From: Chloroflexota bacterium
GTDB taxonomy: Bacteria > Chloroflexota > Anaerolineae > Aggregatilineales > J027
Direction: 5' to 3'
DNA length: 64,000 nucleotides
Assembly: GCA_013112715.1 (NCBI GenBank)
Contig: JABFGB010000024.1
Coordinates: forward strand, 16,896-80,895
Part shown: piece by piece, positions 10,458 through 20,364 of the stretch
Position numbering within the stretch: position 1 is the stretch's first letter
How the letters are laid out: every line of letters begins with the position of its first letter
The notes under the pieces: generated by a model
The model's input: the letters and a program-made list of their open reading frames with translations, nothing else
Told to the model about the DNA's origin: nothing
Database searches by the model: none
Translations under genes and position numbers: made by a program

Positions 10458-10814
10458 AAAAATTTCTCAAATAAATATTGTGCAAATTGTTCCAAGCGCT
10501 TGTATTTCAGCTAGAACAAAGCTACAATAAAAATGTTATTCTGGGGAAGAATTGAATAAATATTTAGGAATTTTGAAACAATTGTTGCATTGGAAAATAA
10601 CAAAGTGTTTTCGCCAAAAATGCTTGGGAAAACTTGCTATAAATCCGCAAAAAATTAAATTAATTAAAGTGTCGGGTATTCTCTCTTGCTCTAGCTCTAC
10701 AAATTGTTATCACTTCCCTTATCAGAAATGTACTGATTTGGGAATTTAGCCTTTTAAAAAATTTCTTTAAGGCGGAAAGATTAAACGGGGTCGTTCGCGG
10801 CCCAAGGATAGAAA

Positions 10815-12917
10815 ATGACGGCATACTTAATTGTTGATGTGGATGACTTACTGGCCCGACTGCACGAGAAAAACCTCGCGCTTGATTTACATGAAGTCGC
10901 TACCGCGTTGCGAAATGGGGCCACCCTTGCTTCTGGTTTGATGAGTGCTGATGAATTAGTAGCCGTGGCTGCTGCTGATTGGAATCGCCATAGTTTGATG
11001 CCGGGGCGCGTTACGCCTAATATTCAACAGATTTTCGTTACCACAGGCTTTGACATCTTTAATGTACCAGAACGTGCATTTTTGGTGGATGCGCTGGTCG
11101 TCCACTATTTTGCCGACTCGGATGTAGTGGATGAACTTGTTCTTGTTACCACGCGGGCTGATTTTGCGGGACTGCGTTCAAGAGTCAATTTACGTCCCCA
11201 CACCCGTGTGCGAGTTTGGAGCGACCAAGCACCGGAAGTCAACAACATCATCTTCCAACCGCTTGAAACTATTTTGGGTATCCCCACCAAAACTGTCTCA
11301 ATGTACATTGACTTCGAGAATATCACGATTGGCCTAAATGAGCAGGGCTACATCATTGACATGGATCGGTTGATTGACTCGATGGTGCGGCAGGCACGGG
11401 CACATGGTCGTGTCGCCCGTATGGCGGCTTATGCGCCTTGGGGCCAGCGCGGTAGTTTACCCCCATTGGTAGATACTCAGGGGCGTGAAGTATCAGACGA
11501 TGTCCCAAGTCGTTTGGCCTTGTCAAATATTGACCCGGTGTTTAATTTGCCGGGTAAAAATAGCGCCGATATGCGGATTGCCAAAGATGTCTTGGCAGAC
11601 AGTGCATTATCGGGCAGTTCGGACATTTTCATCGTCGCCAGCGGAGACCGGGACTTCAACGATGTGTTTGGGGCACTCCGCGCACGTGGCAAGCAGGTGA
11701 TTGTATGGGGAGTACATGGCAGCACCAGCCGCCTCTTGGAAAATAACCCCGCCATTTTATTGGAATATCTGGACGACTTTACTCACTTTCAGCGCCATAC
11801 TGAACTGGGCCAGATTTATGAAGATGCGACCCGTGACGCGGGGGGCGAAGTGTTGGCGTTCCGACCCTCCCAATGGTCAAGTGTGGTACTGCAATGTGAC
11901 TTGCTGCAAGCTGAACGCCCCCGTTCCCCTCTGACCTTAGACGATTTGACCGATCAATTGGTGGAAGTACATACCGTTACCAGTCCTGCACGCGGCGAAG
12001 AACTGCTTAAACAGGCCGAGGGGTTGGGGTTGTTGCGAATCAATCACGATAACATCGTGACCATCAATGACCAACATCAGATTGTCAGCACTACACGGCT
12101 GATCCGTGACCGAATTGTACATCGGGTTGCCAATACACTCAGCGTGCGGAATTGGGAGTACGTCAATTATGGCTTTTTGCTGAAGGGCATCAGCATGGAT
12201 TTGGATTTAAACGGCCCCGGCATGAACCTTGATGATAATTGGCGCTCGGAATGGATTGACGCACTGGTGCGCGAAGGCATTTTGGTACGCGAACTGGTAG
12301 CCCATCGCCATAATCCCGAAGATTTAGTACCCGTTATCCAACTGCCCGAAAAGTCGGCGGCGGTGCAGCAGTATCGGCCTGCCACCGAAGCCCCTGATGT
12401 CGAGGTACCGGCGACGGATTTGGAAATCCAAGAGATGATGTATCGCGTCGTGGTCAGTGTCGAGCAGTTCACCAGCTTCCGCAAGTTTGAGTGGTGTCCG
12501 CTGGGCAGCCTACATAAGCGACTACGGGCTTTTGATTCTGGTACAGCTTTTCAACGTGCGGTTGAAGTGATGATGGAAGATGGGGCGGTACTCATTAATG
12601 AATATGAAAACCCTCAGAGCAACTATCGCACCAAAGGTATTTCGCTGGTGATGGATTCACCCGCCGTGCAGCGTGTGTTGCTGGAACGGGATGCGTTTGT
12701 GCGAATGCTGCTCGACCTCTATCAACAACATATCCCGATTACCGCCGGGGCGATTCAGGCATCAACGGGCTTGGATGCCGATGTGCTTCAGATGTGGATT
12801 TCGATTATGGAAATCGAGAACATCCTCAATTTGGTGCCGGGGCACACTGATTTATACAGCTTGTTCCGCACCCACCACACCGTCAATTTGATTGCTGAGA
12901 AGTACGGCATTGAATAA
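10815..12917 (+). CDS. Tandem NYN/PIN-like domain protein with long C-terminal extension (700 aa)
   Basis: The second domain has the NYN/LabA-like signature: VSMYIDFENI...GKNSADMRIAKDVL...IFIVASGDRDFNDVFGALRARGKQVIVWGV. The first roughly 150 aa repeat the layout (YLIVDVDDL...LVLVTTRADF). The C-terminal approximately 350 aa are unassigned. Confidence 0.7.
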   Translation: MTAYLIVDVDDLLARLHEKNLALDLHEVATALRNGATLASGLMSADELVAVAAADWNRHSLMPGRVTPNIQQIFVTTGFDIFNVPERAFLVDALVVHYFADSDVVDELVLVTTRADFAGLRSRVNLRPHTRVRVWSDQAPEVNNIIFQPLETILGIPTKTVSMYIDFENITIGLNEQGYIIDMDRLIDSMVRQARAHGRVARMAAYAPWGQRGSLPPLVDTQGREVSDDVPSRLALSNIDPVFNLPGKNSADMRIAKDVLADSALSGSSDIFIVASGDRDFNDVFGALRARGKQVIVWGVHGSTSRLLENNPAILLEYLDDFTHFQRHTELGQIYEDATRDAGGEVLAFRPSQWSSVVLQCDLLQAERPRSPLTLDDLTDQLVEVHTVTSPARGEELLKQAEGLGLLRINHDNIVTINDQHQIVSTTRLIRDRIVHRVANTLSVRNWEYVNYGFLLKGISMDLDLNGPGMNLDDNWRSEWIDALVREGILVRELVAHRHNPEDLVPVIQLPEKSAAVQQYRPATEAPDVEVPATDLEIQEMMYRVVVSVEQFTSFRKFEWCPLGSLHKRLRAFDSGTAFQRAVEVMMEDGAVLINEYENPQSNYRTKGISLVMDSPAVQRVLLERDAFVRMLLDLYQQHIPITAGAIQASTGLDADVLQMWISIMEIENILNLVPGHTDLYSLFRTHHTVNLIAEKYGIE

Positions 12918-12938
12918 ATTAATAGAAAGTAATCTGCT

Positions 12939-14429
12939 ATGATAAGGCATCTGGGACAGATTCCAAAATGGCTGACCTTCTCACTTTGCATTTTGCTTTT
13001 AATCTTAAATGCCTCAATGCCTACACTCGCGCAGCAACCTTCAAATAGTTCCCTTATTAACAACCTTAGCCTTGCCAACGACCGCTGGCTAATATATCTA
13101 ACCGAGCTGATAGAAGGGGCAGAGGCCGAGCAGCTTTTGACCTTGTACGGCGAACCAGTATCAATTGCCCCAGATGAAGAGTATGTTGCCGTAAAATTCA
13201 TGATTGAGTCTGATTCATATAGGTGGATTGGTCTATTTGCCGATGAAAGCCTCTTTGCGGCTAAAGATAATTCTGGTGTATGGCAAACGGGCGAGATCAA
13301 ACTTCGCCTTTCAGAACGCCTTATAGACGATACGATATTTTTGCCGGGTGGAGTTCGGATAGCAGCCCTCGGTTGGGTCAAAATTCCCGTGACAGCCTCT
13401 ATCACGGATATTCAATTAGATTTGTATGACACTGATGGTCGAAATTTCCATCTAGAAAAGCCAGCCATCGGACCGTTGGCTGGAATTGTAGAAGAACGCT
13501 TACCTTTCTCCCATACTCCGAATGGAATTCCGGTATTTTTTGCTCAATTTGAGGCTGTCATGTCTGATATAGCTCGACTTGTGTTTGCAAATCCACAAGT
13601 CGAACTAGATTCGAGTGGAACAACCACTTTGACATTTGATGTTGAAATAGAAAATTTAGGGATAGACAACCTAACTTTGGAATCTTTGAATGATTGGAAT
13701 GTGGTAATAATAGACAACACGGGAACCTACGACGAATCCAAACTCTTCTTTCAATTGGATAAAACCAGTCCTCAAATTATCCGACCCGGTACTATGACTC
13801 GATCATCTGCATTGATCTACTTGACGCCATTCCAAGCACAATCAAATTTTCTTTGGATAGCTTGCGGCCTTGAACCAAGCTCCACCAACCCAATTGAGAG
13901 AACAAATCGTGGCTATTTTCAGTTGGTGCTAAGTCGGACTTCCGATGGTGATTTGGGTTATGAGCTTTTGGCTAGAATAGAAAATGTTGTAGAGGTACTC
14001 CCCGAAAATATACAAGTGGATAGTTCGGAGTGGGAGAAATCTAATAATGGTATTGAGTTACTCCTACTCCAGAACGGTGCTGGAGTAAAGGCTAGATATG
14101 GCACTCCGTATGGTGAAAGTGCCATCATCACCTACGCTGTTTTTGATACTCTTGAGTCAGCCAATGCCTATTTTGAATTTGTTAAAGAGATACGTTGGAA
14201 TATTCTCAGCATCGGCAAAGAACTCGAAGCCTTTCCTGTACCTAACCTATTTGGTCTTGGGACGACAACAGGCTCAGTTGGAATCATATTAGTGGATCAA
14301 TATTTTCTTGAGGTTTTTGTGGAAGTTACCCGCAGTGTTGGGCCAAATCCTCTGGTGAAAATTGCGAACGAGGCCCTCAATACACTAAACGCGGGCATTG
14401 CAAGTTTTGAGAATAATCGTGCCCCTTGA
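12939..14429 (+). CDS. Secreted hypothetical protein (496 aa)
   Basis: Signal-peptide-like N-terminus (KWLTFSLCILLLILNASMPTLAQQ). Visibly more AT-rich than flanking genes. Starts 21 nt after the NYN gene. Confidence 0.6.
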   Translation: MIRHLGQIPKWLTFSLCILLLILNASMPTLAQQPSNSSLINNLSLANDRWLIYLTELIEGAEAEQLLTLYGEPVSIAPDEEYVAVKFMIESDSYRWIGLFADESLFAAKDNSGVWQTGEIKLRLSERLIDDTIFLPGGVRIAALGWVKIPVTASITDIQLDLYDTDGRNFHLEKPAIGPLAGIVEERLPFSHTPNGIPVFFAQFEAVMSDIARLVFANPQVELDSSGTTTLTFDVEIENLGIDNLTLESLNDWNVVIIDNTGTYDESKLFFQLDKTSPQIIRPGTMTRSSALIYLTPFQAQSNFLWIACGLEPSSTNPIERTNRGYFQLVLSRTSDGDLGYELLARIENVVEVLPENIQVDSSEWEKSNNGIELLLLQNGAGVKARYGTPYGESAIITYAVFDTLESANAYFEFVKEIRWNILSIGKELEAFPVPNLFGLGTTTGSVGIILVDQYFLEVFVEVTRSVGPNPLVKIANEALNTLNAGIASFENNRAP

Positions 14430-14452
14430 TTCCAATCGCCGTAATCAAGGGG
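14422..14452. terminator. Perfect 10-bp hairpin between convergent genes
   Basis: CCCCTTGATT (14422..14431) pairs with AATCAAGGGG (14443..14452) around an 11-nt loop. The stem overlaps the TGA stop of the upstream gene. A T5 run follows about 12 nt downstream. Confidence 0.5.
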
Positions 14453-14469
14453 CAGGTAGTGAATTTTTG

Positions 14470-15939
14470 TTAATATGCCTTCGCAAAATAGGCCATACGT
14501 TGGGCTGGCTGACCCGTCACAATATCCGGCCCAGTTTGACCGGGGTAGGGCTGCTCAAGCGGGAAGCAGCGGCTCACGGCTTGATTATCGGCTTTGATTT
14601 TTTCTTCAGTTTCTTTATCGCCCGCGAACCATGTTAATGCCCAACGGCCCGATGCAATCACCTCGCGGAATTGGTCGTAATTGCCGACGACCTCAACCAA
14701 ATTGGCATCGCGGAATTCGGTAGCCTGACGCAGCATGTTGTGATGAATTTCAGTCAAAAGGTCGCTAACACGGGTGGCTAATCCCTCTTGGCTGACAAAC
14801 TGCTTGCCCTCTTTGCCGGGGACATCCCGCCGCGCCAATGCCACTGACCCTTTTTCGACATCTTTTGGCCCGATTTCGATACGTACCGGGACACCGCGCA
14901 TTTCCCAATCATTATATTTGAAGCCGGGGGAGAGATTTTCACGGCGGTCTACAGTCACACGCAGACCAGCGACCACCAATGATTGCTGCACACGATCCAC
15001 CACAGGCGAGACCAATGCTTTTTCATCGTCGTTTTTGAAAATCGGCACAATGACCGCCTGAATTGGGGCGAGGCGGGGCGGCATCCGCAAGCCTTTGTCG
15101 TCGCCGTGTGTCATGATAATCGCGCCGATCATGCGGGTGCTCATGCCCCATGAGGTCGTCCAGCAATACTGCCACTCGTTGTTGACATCGGTGTATTGGA
15201 TGTTGAAGGCTTTGGCGAAATTCTGACCGAGATTGTGGCTCGTGCCCGATTGCAGGGCCTTGCCGTCCCCCATCATGCCTTCGATGGAATAGCTGTGCAA
15301 CGCTCCGGCGAATTTTTCCTGATTGGATTTTTGCCCGCGAATGACTGGGATGGCGGCTTCATTGACAGCGAAATCGGTGTAGACATCCAACATCTGGATG
15401 GTTTCGGCCTCGGCGTCTTCATAGGTCGCGTGGGCGGTGTGACCTTCCTGCCATAAAAATTCGGCGGTGCGGAGGAAAGGACGAGTGCGTTTTTCCCAGC
15501 GGACGACATTGGCCCATTGATTCAGCAGCATTGGCAGGTCACGATAGGATTGAATCCAGCGGGACATGGCCTCACCGATAATCGTTTCACTGGTGGGGCG
15601 TATAACATAGGGTTCAGCTAACTGTTCGCCGCCACCATGTGTCACCACCGCTAATTCTGGCGAAAATCCTTCAACATGCTCCGCCTCTTTGGTGAGAAAG
15701 CTGAGGGGGATAAACAGCGGGAAATAGGCATTTTGATGACCTGTCGCCTTAAAACGTTTATCAAGGCCAGCACGAATCCCTTCCCATAATTCATAACCAT
15801 AGGGCTTGATAATCATACAGCCCCGCACCGGGGTTTTGTCGGGGGCATCCACCAAATCGGCGCGGACTACAATTTCGTTATACCACGCGGAAAAATCTTC
15901 GCTGCGTGGCGTGACTGCTAGATTTGCCAATGCAAACAC
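14470..15939 (-). CDS. proS: Proline--tRNA ligase (archaeal/eukaryote-like class II type)
   Basis: FSAWYNEIVVRADL, IRPTSETIIG, VVRWE, FLWQEGHTAH, and the C-terminal YFAKAY ending typical of the ProRS form lacking the insertion domain. Non-ATG start. Confidence 0.9.
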   Translation of the reverse strand: MFALANLAVTPRSEDFSAWYNEIVVRADLVDAPDKTPVRGCMIIKPYGYELWEGIRAGLDKRFKATGHQNAYFPLFIPLSFLTKEAEHVEGFSPELAVVTHGGGEQLAEPYVIRPTSETIIGEAMSRWIQSYRDLPMLLNQWANVVRWEKRTRPFLRTAEFLWQEGHTAHATYEDAEAETIQMLDVYTDFAVNEAAIPVIRGQKSNQEKFAGALHSYSIEGMMGDGKALQSGTSHNLGQNFAKAFNIQYTDVNNEWQYCWTTSWGMSTRMIGAIIMTHGDDKGLRMPPRLAPIQAVIVPIFKNDDEKALVSPVVDRVQQSLVVAGLRVTVDRRENLSPGFKYNDWEMRGVPVRIEIGPKDVEKGSVALARRDVPGKEGKQFVSQEGLATRVSDLLTEIHHNMLRQATEFRDANLVEVVGNYDQFREVIASGRWALTWFAGDKETEEKIKADNQAVSRCFPLEQPYPGQTGPDIVTGQPAQRMAYFAKAY

Positions 15940-16144
15940 TCCTTAAAAATTACAACAAAAATAGAATGGTACTTGCACCATTTCAGGTTGTTTTCGCAGA
16001 TATACGGCGGGTGTAGAACGGCTCAACATTGTACCATAGACTTTAAAAATCTCTCAGGATAGCTCTCAAGATGACCTCTGAGAGTTTTTGATAGTCTTTT
16101 AGAATAGGATTTAAATCATTCAATCTACATGAGGAGTAGTCGCG

Positions 16145-17431
16145 TTGGAAAATCAACGCTCATCCCGTCTACCCGGGTTCTATCAAAAATCATTACCCGA
16201 ACGCATCGGCATCATTGCGGAATGGGCCGGATTAAGCCAAGTCGAACAGGCTGGTCTAGAGAGTGCGGCTGGTTTATCACCCCAACAAGCCAATCAAATG
16301 GTCGAAAACGCGCTGGGAGTGTATGGTCTGCCGTTGGGGGTCGCCACTAATTTTCAAATTAATGGCAAAGATTATCTCATCCCGATGGTGATTGAAGAAC
16401 CGAGCGTCGTGGCGGCCTGCTCATTTGCGGCGAAGATGGCTCGCAGTGGGGGCGGTTTTACCACTTCTAGCGATGAACCTATCATGATCGGGCAAATCCA
16501 AGTGCTGGATGTCGAGAATTTGCAGGGGGCGGCTGATCGAATCCTTGCCGAACGCGATGCACTTTTAGCTCTCGTGAATGACCCCGACCTGACGATTGTC
16601 AAACTAGGGGGCGGGGGACGCGATATTGAGGTGCGTCAGTTTCGACAAACGACGATTGGCCCGATGCTGGTGGTGGATTTGCTGTATGACACCCGAGACG
16701 CGATGGGGGCAAATGCCATCAATACCGCCTGCGAAAAATTGGCCCCGGCGATTGAAAGAATCACAGGGGGGCGCGTCAATTTGCGGATTTTGAGCAATTT
16801 ATCAGATCGGCGTAAGGCTACCGCGAGTTGCCTCATGACCACCGATGCCCTGACCACCGAAAATATGGCGGGGGCGTTGGTTGCTAAATCCATTGTTGAG
16901 GCGGCAGTGTTTGCCGAAGTTGACCCCTATCGTGCTACGACCCACAATAAGGGTGTGATGAATGGCATTGACGCGGTGGTGATTGCGACAGGGAATGATT
17001 GGCGGGCGGTTGAAGCTGGCGCACATGCGTATGCCGCACGCGACGGACGTTATACCTCCATGACACGCTGGTGGCAGGATGAAAATGGCGATCTGCGCGG
17101 AATGCTCACTTTACCAATGGCGGTGGGGACGGTGGGCGGCGCGACCAAAGTCCACCCGACAGCGCAAATCGCCATGAAGATTTTAGGAATATCGAGTGCC
17201 CGCGAACTCGCCGAAGTCATTGTGTCGGTGGGGCTGGCTCAAAATTTCGCCGCGATTCGTGCGCTTGCGACAGAGGGTATCCAAGCGGGGCATATGGCGC
17301 TCCATGCGCGACAATTAGCATTGGCAGCTGGGGCGCAGGGTGAAATGGTCAACCGAATTGTCGAAACGATGATTGCTGAGGGCAACATTCGCTTAGATCG
17401 AGCGAAGGCGCTGGTTAAGGCGAGATTCTAG
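16145..17431 (+). CDS. mvaA: Hydroxymethylglutaryl-CoA reductase, class II
   Basis: SRLPGFYQKSLPERI..., MVENALGVYGLPLGVATNF, PMVIEEPSVVAA, DAMGANAIN, THNKGVMNGIDAVVIATGNDWRAVEAGAHAYA. TTG start. Confidence 0.88.
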   Translation: MENQRSSRLPGFYQKSLPERIGIIAEWAGLSQVEQAGLESAAGLSPQQANQMVENALGVYGLPLGVATNFQINGKDYLIPMVIEEPSVVAACSFAAKMARSGGGFTTSSDEPIMIGQIQVLDVENLQGAADRILAERDALLALVNDPDLTIVKLGGGGRDIEVRQFRQTTIGPMLVVDLLYDTRDAMGANAINTACEKLAPAIERITGGRVNLRILSNLSDRRKATASCLMTTDALTTENMAGALVAKSIVEAAVFAEVDPYRATTHNKGVMNGIDAVVIATGNDWRAVEAGAHAYAARDGRYTSMTRWWQDENGDLRGMLTLPMAVGTVGGATKVHPTAQIAMKILGISSARELAEVIVSVGLAQNFAAIRALATEGIQAGHMALHARQLALAAGAQGEMVNRIVETMIAEGNIRLDRAKALVKARF

Positions 17432-17435
17432 GATT

Positions 17436-19172
17436 ATGGTACTTCAGGGAAACGCTAACGAGGATTTGTTGCGCTATCGGCAGATGGATGATGATGCTTT
17501 GCAGTCATATGCACGCCAATTAGTTGCCGAGCATCGTCATCAGGATTTGTATGCAGCCTTGCTTGAGAACGAAGCTTGGATGCAAGCCAAATATGAGCGT
17601 TTCGGGAATGACGAATCCTGTATTGCAGATTTACATCTTGCCATAGAGTCTGCTTCAGATGATTCAGGTCCTGTATCAATTCTTATAGTGGCACAGCTTT
17701 GGGCAACGTATCAATTAGCAAAATACCGTGGAAATCAAGAAAAGAACGAAAAATTTGAGCATCTCCATAACCTTGATGCTGCCATTCAATTGATACAAAT
17801 TGCGGTTCAATTAGGATGGAAAAAAGAGACGGATTTTCTGTTGGATAAAATGATGGAAACAGAGATGCCAACCGAAAAATCGCGGCATCTTGGTACGATA
17901 ATCCATCATTCAGAATGGGAAAATCGTGTACAAGACTTTTTTGAAAAATCATTCGAGGCGACCAAGAAAATAGAGCATAGGAAGACCCAATCGGAGGAGC
18001 GATACCGCCTCGTTCAAGAATTGATCGCAACGGGAGAAATCGCTCGTGCTTATGAGATTACCCTAACAGTCCAAAACGCCTATTTTTCAGGAGATTGTTA
18101 TAAGACTCTCGGTAGGGCCTATATAGATGCGGGGCGATGGGATGATGTTGAGAATCTATTATCCCACAAGATGCTCGTATACTCGCGTATTGCTTTGCTG
18201 CTACGTCTCTCGACAGCCTTAGGAAAGCGAGGGCAGTTTCGGCAATCTAATGTCTATGCTGAGGAGGCCATTCACCTTGCGAAGCGGATACAAACGGATA
18301 TCGAATGGCTCTGGCGGTCATCCACAGCCGTCGAACTGGCTCGGGCAGGGTATATAGACATTGCTCAAGAGATCGCGGAAAAGATTGAAGATAGCACATG
18401 GAAATCTACTGCATTCAGTGGGATAGCCAAATCGCTGATAGATGAAACTCGATTTGAATTGACAGAAACTATTTTGGATAGGATTGAAAGAGGCCATCAA
18501 AAAGATGAGGCATTGAAGTATTTGGCGATTGCCCTTGCAGACAAATCACAATACCAAGCTGGTTACGATACTGCCCAGAGAATTTCTTTCAAGGTGAGCC
18601 GTCTATATACTTTGCAAAAAATACGCGAGATAGCCATCAACTTGGAAGCAATAGACTTCATTCCAGAGATTACGGAGGCAATTAATAATCTGGACATCGG
18701 TGAAGCGGCTATATCCCAATTTAAGCTAGGGAATATTGAGCAAGCCGAAGCTCTCCTTTATGCGTTTATGGAGAAACCTGCTCTGAAATTTAAGAGCGAC
18801 CTTTTGACATGGGGACTAAATTTGTGCCGACTAGGCGAAAAAATGTTAAAGGTCAATTGGATAGATCATTTGGACAGGCTGATTGATGCTGCTTCGGCGA
18901 TTGTTCCTCAAATCGATTATTCATACAGCCGTGTCCACTTATCGGGCGAGATTGGCGACCTATTGGTGAAGTTGGGGCGTTTTGGAGATGCGTTCGCTGT
19001 CTTGGATGCTGAATATCCTGCTCACTATTTGAAAAGACTTTTAGATTGGATTCCTGCAATTGAAAAAACATATGCTGGGCTTGGGAAAAAGGCAGTTATC
19101 GAAATTACCAGAGTGTTTGGTTGGTTAAGCCCTTTTTGGCAAGAAGTTCACGTGGGCCTTAGCCGAATTTGA
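17436..19172 (+). CDS. Alpha-helical repeat protein of unknown function (578 aa)
   Basis: Starts 4 nt after the HMG-CoA reductase stop and ends 33 nt before the HMG-CoA synthase start. Visibly AT-richer. Sequence looks like degenerate TPR/HEAT-like helical repeats (for example KTLGRAYIDAGRWDDVENLL, ALKYLAIALADKSQYQAGYDTAQRI). Confidence 0.6.
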   Translation: MVLQGNANEDLLRYRQMDDDALQSYARQLVAEHRHQDLYAALLENEAWMQAKYERFGNDESCIADLHLAIESASDDSGPVSILIVAQLWATYQLAKYRGNQEKNEKFEHLHNLDAAIQLIQIAVQLGWKKETDFLLDKMMETEMPTEKSRHLGTIIHHSEWENRVQDFFEKSFEATKKIEHRKTQSEERYRLVQELIATGEIARAYEITLTVQNAYFSGDCYKTLGRAYIDAGRWDDVENLLSHKMLVYSRIALLLRLSTALGKRGQFRQSNVYAEEAIHLAKRIQTDIEWLWRSSTAVELARAGYIDIAQEIAEKIEDSTWKSTAFSGIAKSLIDETRFELTETILDRIERGHQKDEALKYLAIALADKSQYQAGYDTAQRISFKVSRLYTLQKIREIAINLEAIDFIPEITEAINNLDIGEAAISQFKLGNIEQAEALLYAFMEKPALKFKSDLLTWGLNLCRLGEKMLKVNWIDHLDRLIDAASAIVPQIDYSYSRVHLSGEIGDLLVKLGRFGDAFAVLDAEYPAHYLKRLLDWIPAIEKTYAGLGKKAVIEITRVFGWLSPFWQEVHVGLSRI

Positions 19173-19205
19173 ATGCAATATCGAGAGATTGGAGAATAGG
19201 CAACA

Positions 19206-20291
19206 ATGAATCAATCTAACCCCCTCCGCGCGGCGGACTATTTGATGAAACCCGATGCCCCGGTGGGCATTGTGGGGTACGGGGCCTATATCCCGCGCTA
19301 TCGCCTGCCTGCCAGTGAGGTAGCGCGTGTGTGGACAAACGGATTGGGTGGCACGCCAATTAATGAAAAAGCCGTCGCAGGTCTGGATGAAGACGTGATT
19401 ACCATGTCCATCGAAGCGGCCCGTAATGCACTGGCGCGGGGTGGTATTGATCCCCGGCAAATTCGCGCCGTGTGGGTCGGTTCAGAATCCCACCCTTATG
19501 CCGTCAAGCCAAGTAGTACAATTGTGGCGGAGGCCATCGGTGCAGCGCCGAATATCCAAGCTGCGGACTGGGAATTTGCCTGTAAAGCGGGTTCGGAAGC
19601 GATGCAGGCGGCGATTGGGTTAGTTGGCAGCAACATGGCGGGTTATGCGCTCAGTATTGGCATGGACACCGCACAGGGTCGGCCCGGCGACGCTTTGGAA
19701 TATACAGCGGCGGCGGGTGGCGCGGCCTATTTGATTGGGCCAGCCGACAACAGCCTTGCGATCTTTCAGGGATCGTACAGCTTCGTGACCGATACTCCCG
19801 ATTTCTGGCGACGTTCGCATGAAACCTATCCTTCACATGGGGATCGTTTCACAGGTGAGCCGGCCTATTTCCGGCATACCGTGACCGCCGGAGAGACTCT
19901 CATGGAATTAATGGGGACAACTGCGAAAGATTACACATGGGCCGTGTTCCATCAACCCAATGTTAAATTTCCCAGCCGCGCCGCCCAAATTTTGGGTTTT
20001 GGCGAAGACCAGATCAAACCCGGTCTGCTGTCGGGTGATGTCGGCAATGTGTATGCAGGGAGCAGCCTACTTGGTTTGACTGCTACGCTCGATGCCGCCG
20101 AACCGGGTGACCGGATATTGATGGTGTCCTATGGCAGCGGGGCAGGCTCGGATGCATTTGACATTTTGGTGACAGACAAGATCACCGAACGCAAACATCT
20201 TGCCCCTGCCACCCGCACCTATATCGCTCGCCGCACACAAATTGATTACGCCCTATACACCCGCTATCGTGGCAAACTCCGGGTGGAATAG
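19206..20291 (+). CDS. Hydroxymethylglutaryl-CoA synthase, archaeal-type (thiolase fold)
   Basis: [79 protein letters not shown]. It is colinear with archaeal HMGCS as I recall it. Confidence 0.85.
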   Translation: MNQSNPLRAADYLMKPDAPVGIVGYGAYIPRYRLPASEVARVWTNGLGGTPINEKAVAGLDEDVITMSIEAARNALARGGIDPRQIRAVWVGSESHPYAVKPSSTIVAEAIGAAPNIQAADWEFACKAGSEAMQAAIGLVGSNMAGYALSIGMDTAQGRPGDALEYTAAAGGAAYLIGPADNSLAIFQGSYSFVTDTPDFWRRSHETYPSHGDRFTGEPAYFRHTVTAGETLMELMGTTAKDYTWAVFHQPNVKFPSRAAQILGFGEDQIKPGLLSGDVGNVYAGSSLLGLTATLDAAEPGDRILMVSYGSGAGSDAFDILVTDKITERKHLAPATRTYIARRTQIDYALYTRYRGKLRVE

Positions 20292-20307
20292 TTTTCTTCT
20301 GTCATCA

Positions 20308-20346
20308 CCCTCTCCTCAAGGCAAAGTGGGGAGAGGGCATTTTTTG
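20308..20346 (+). terminator. Rho-independent terminator after HMG-CoA synthase
   Basis: CCCTCTCC (20308..20315) pairs with GGAGAGGG (20330..20337), followed by CATTTTTT. Confidence 0.7.
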
Positions 20347-20364
20347 ACTCAAAGTGGCTCAACT

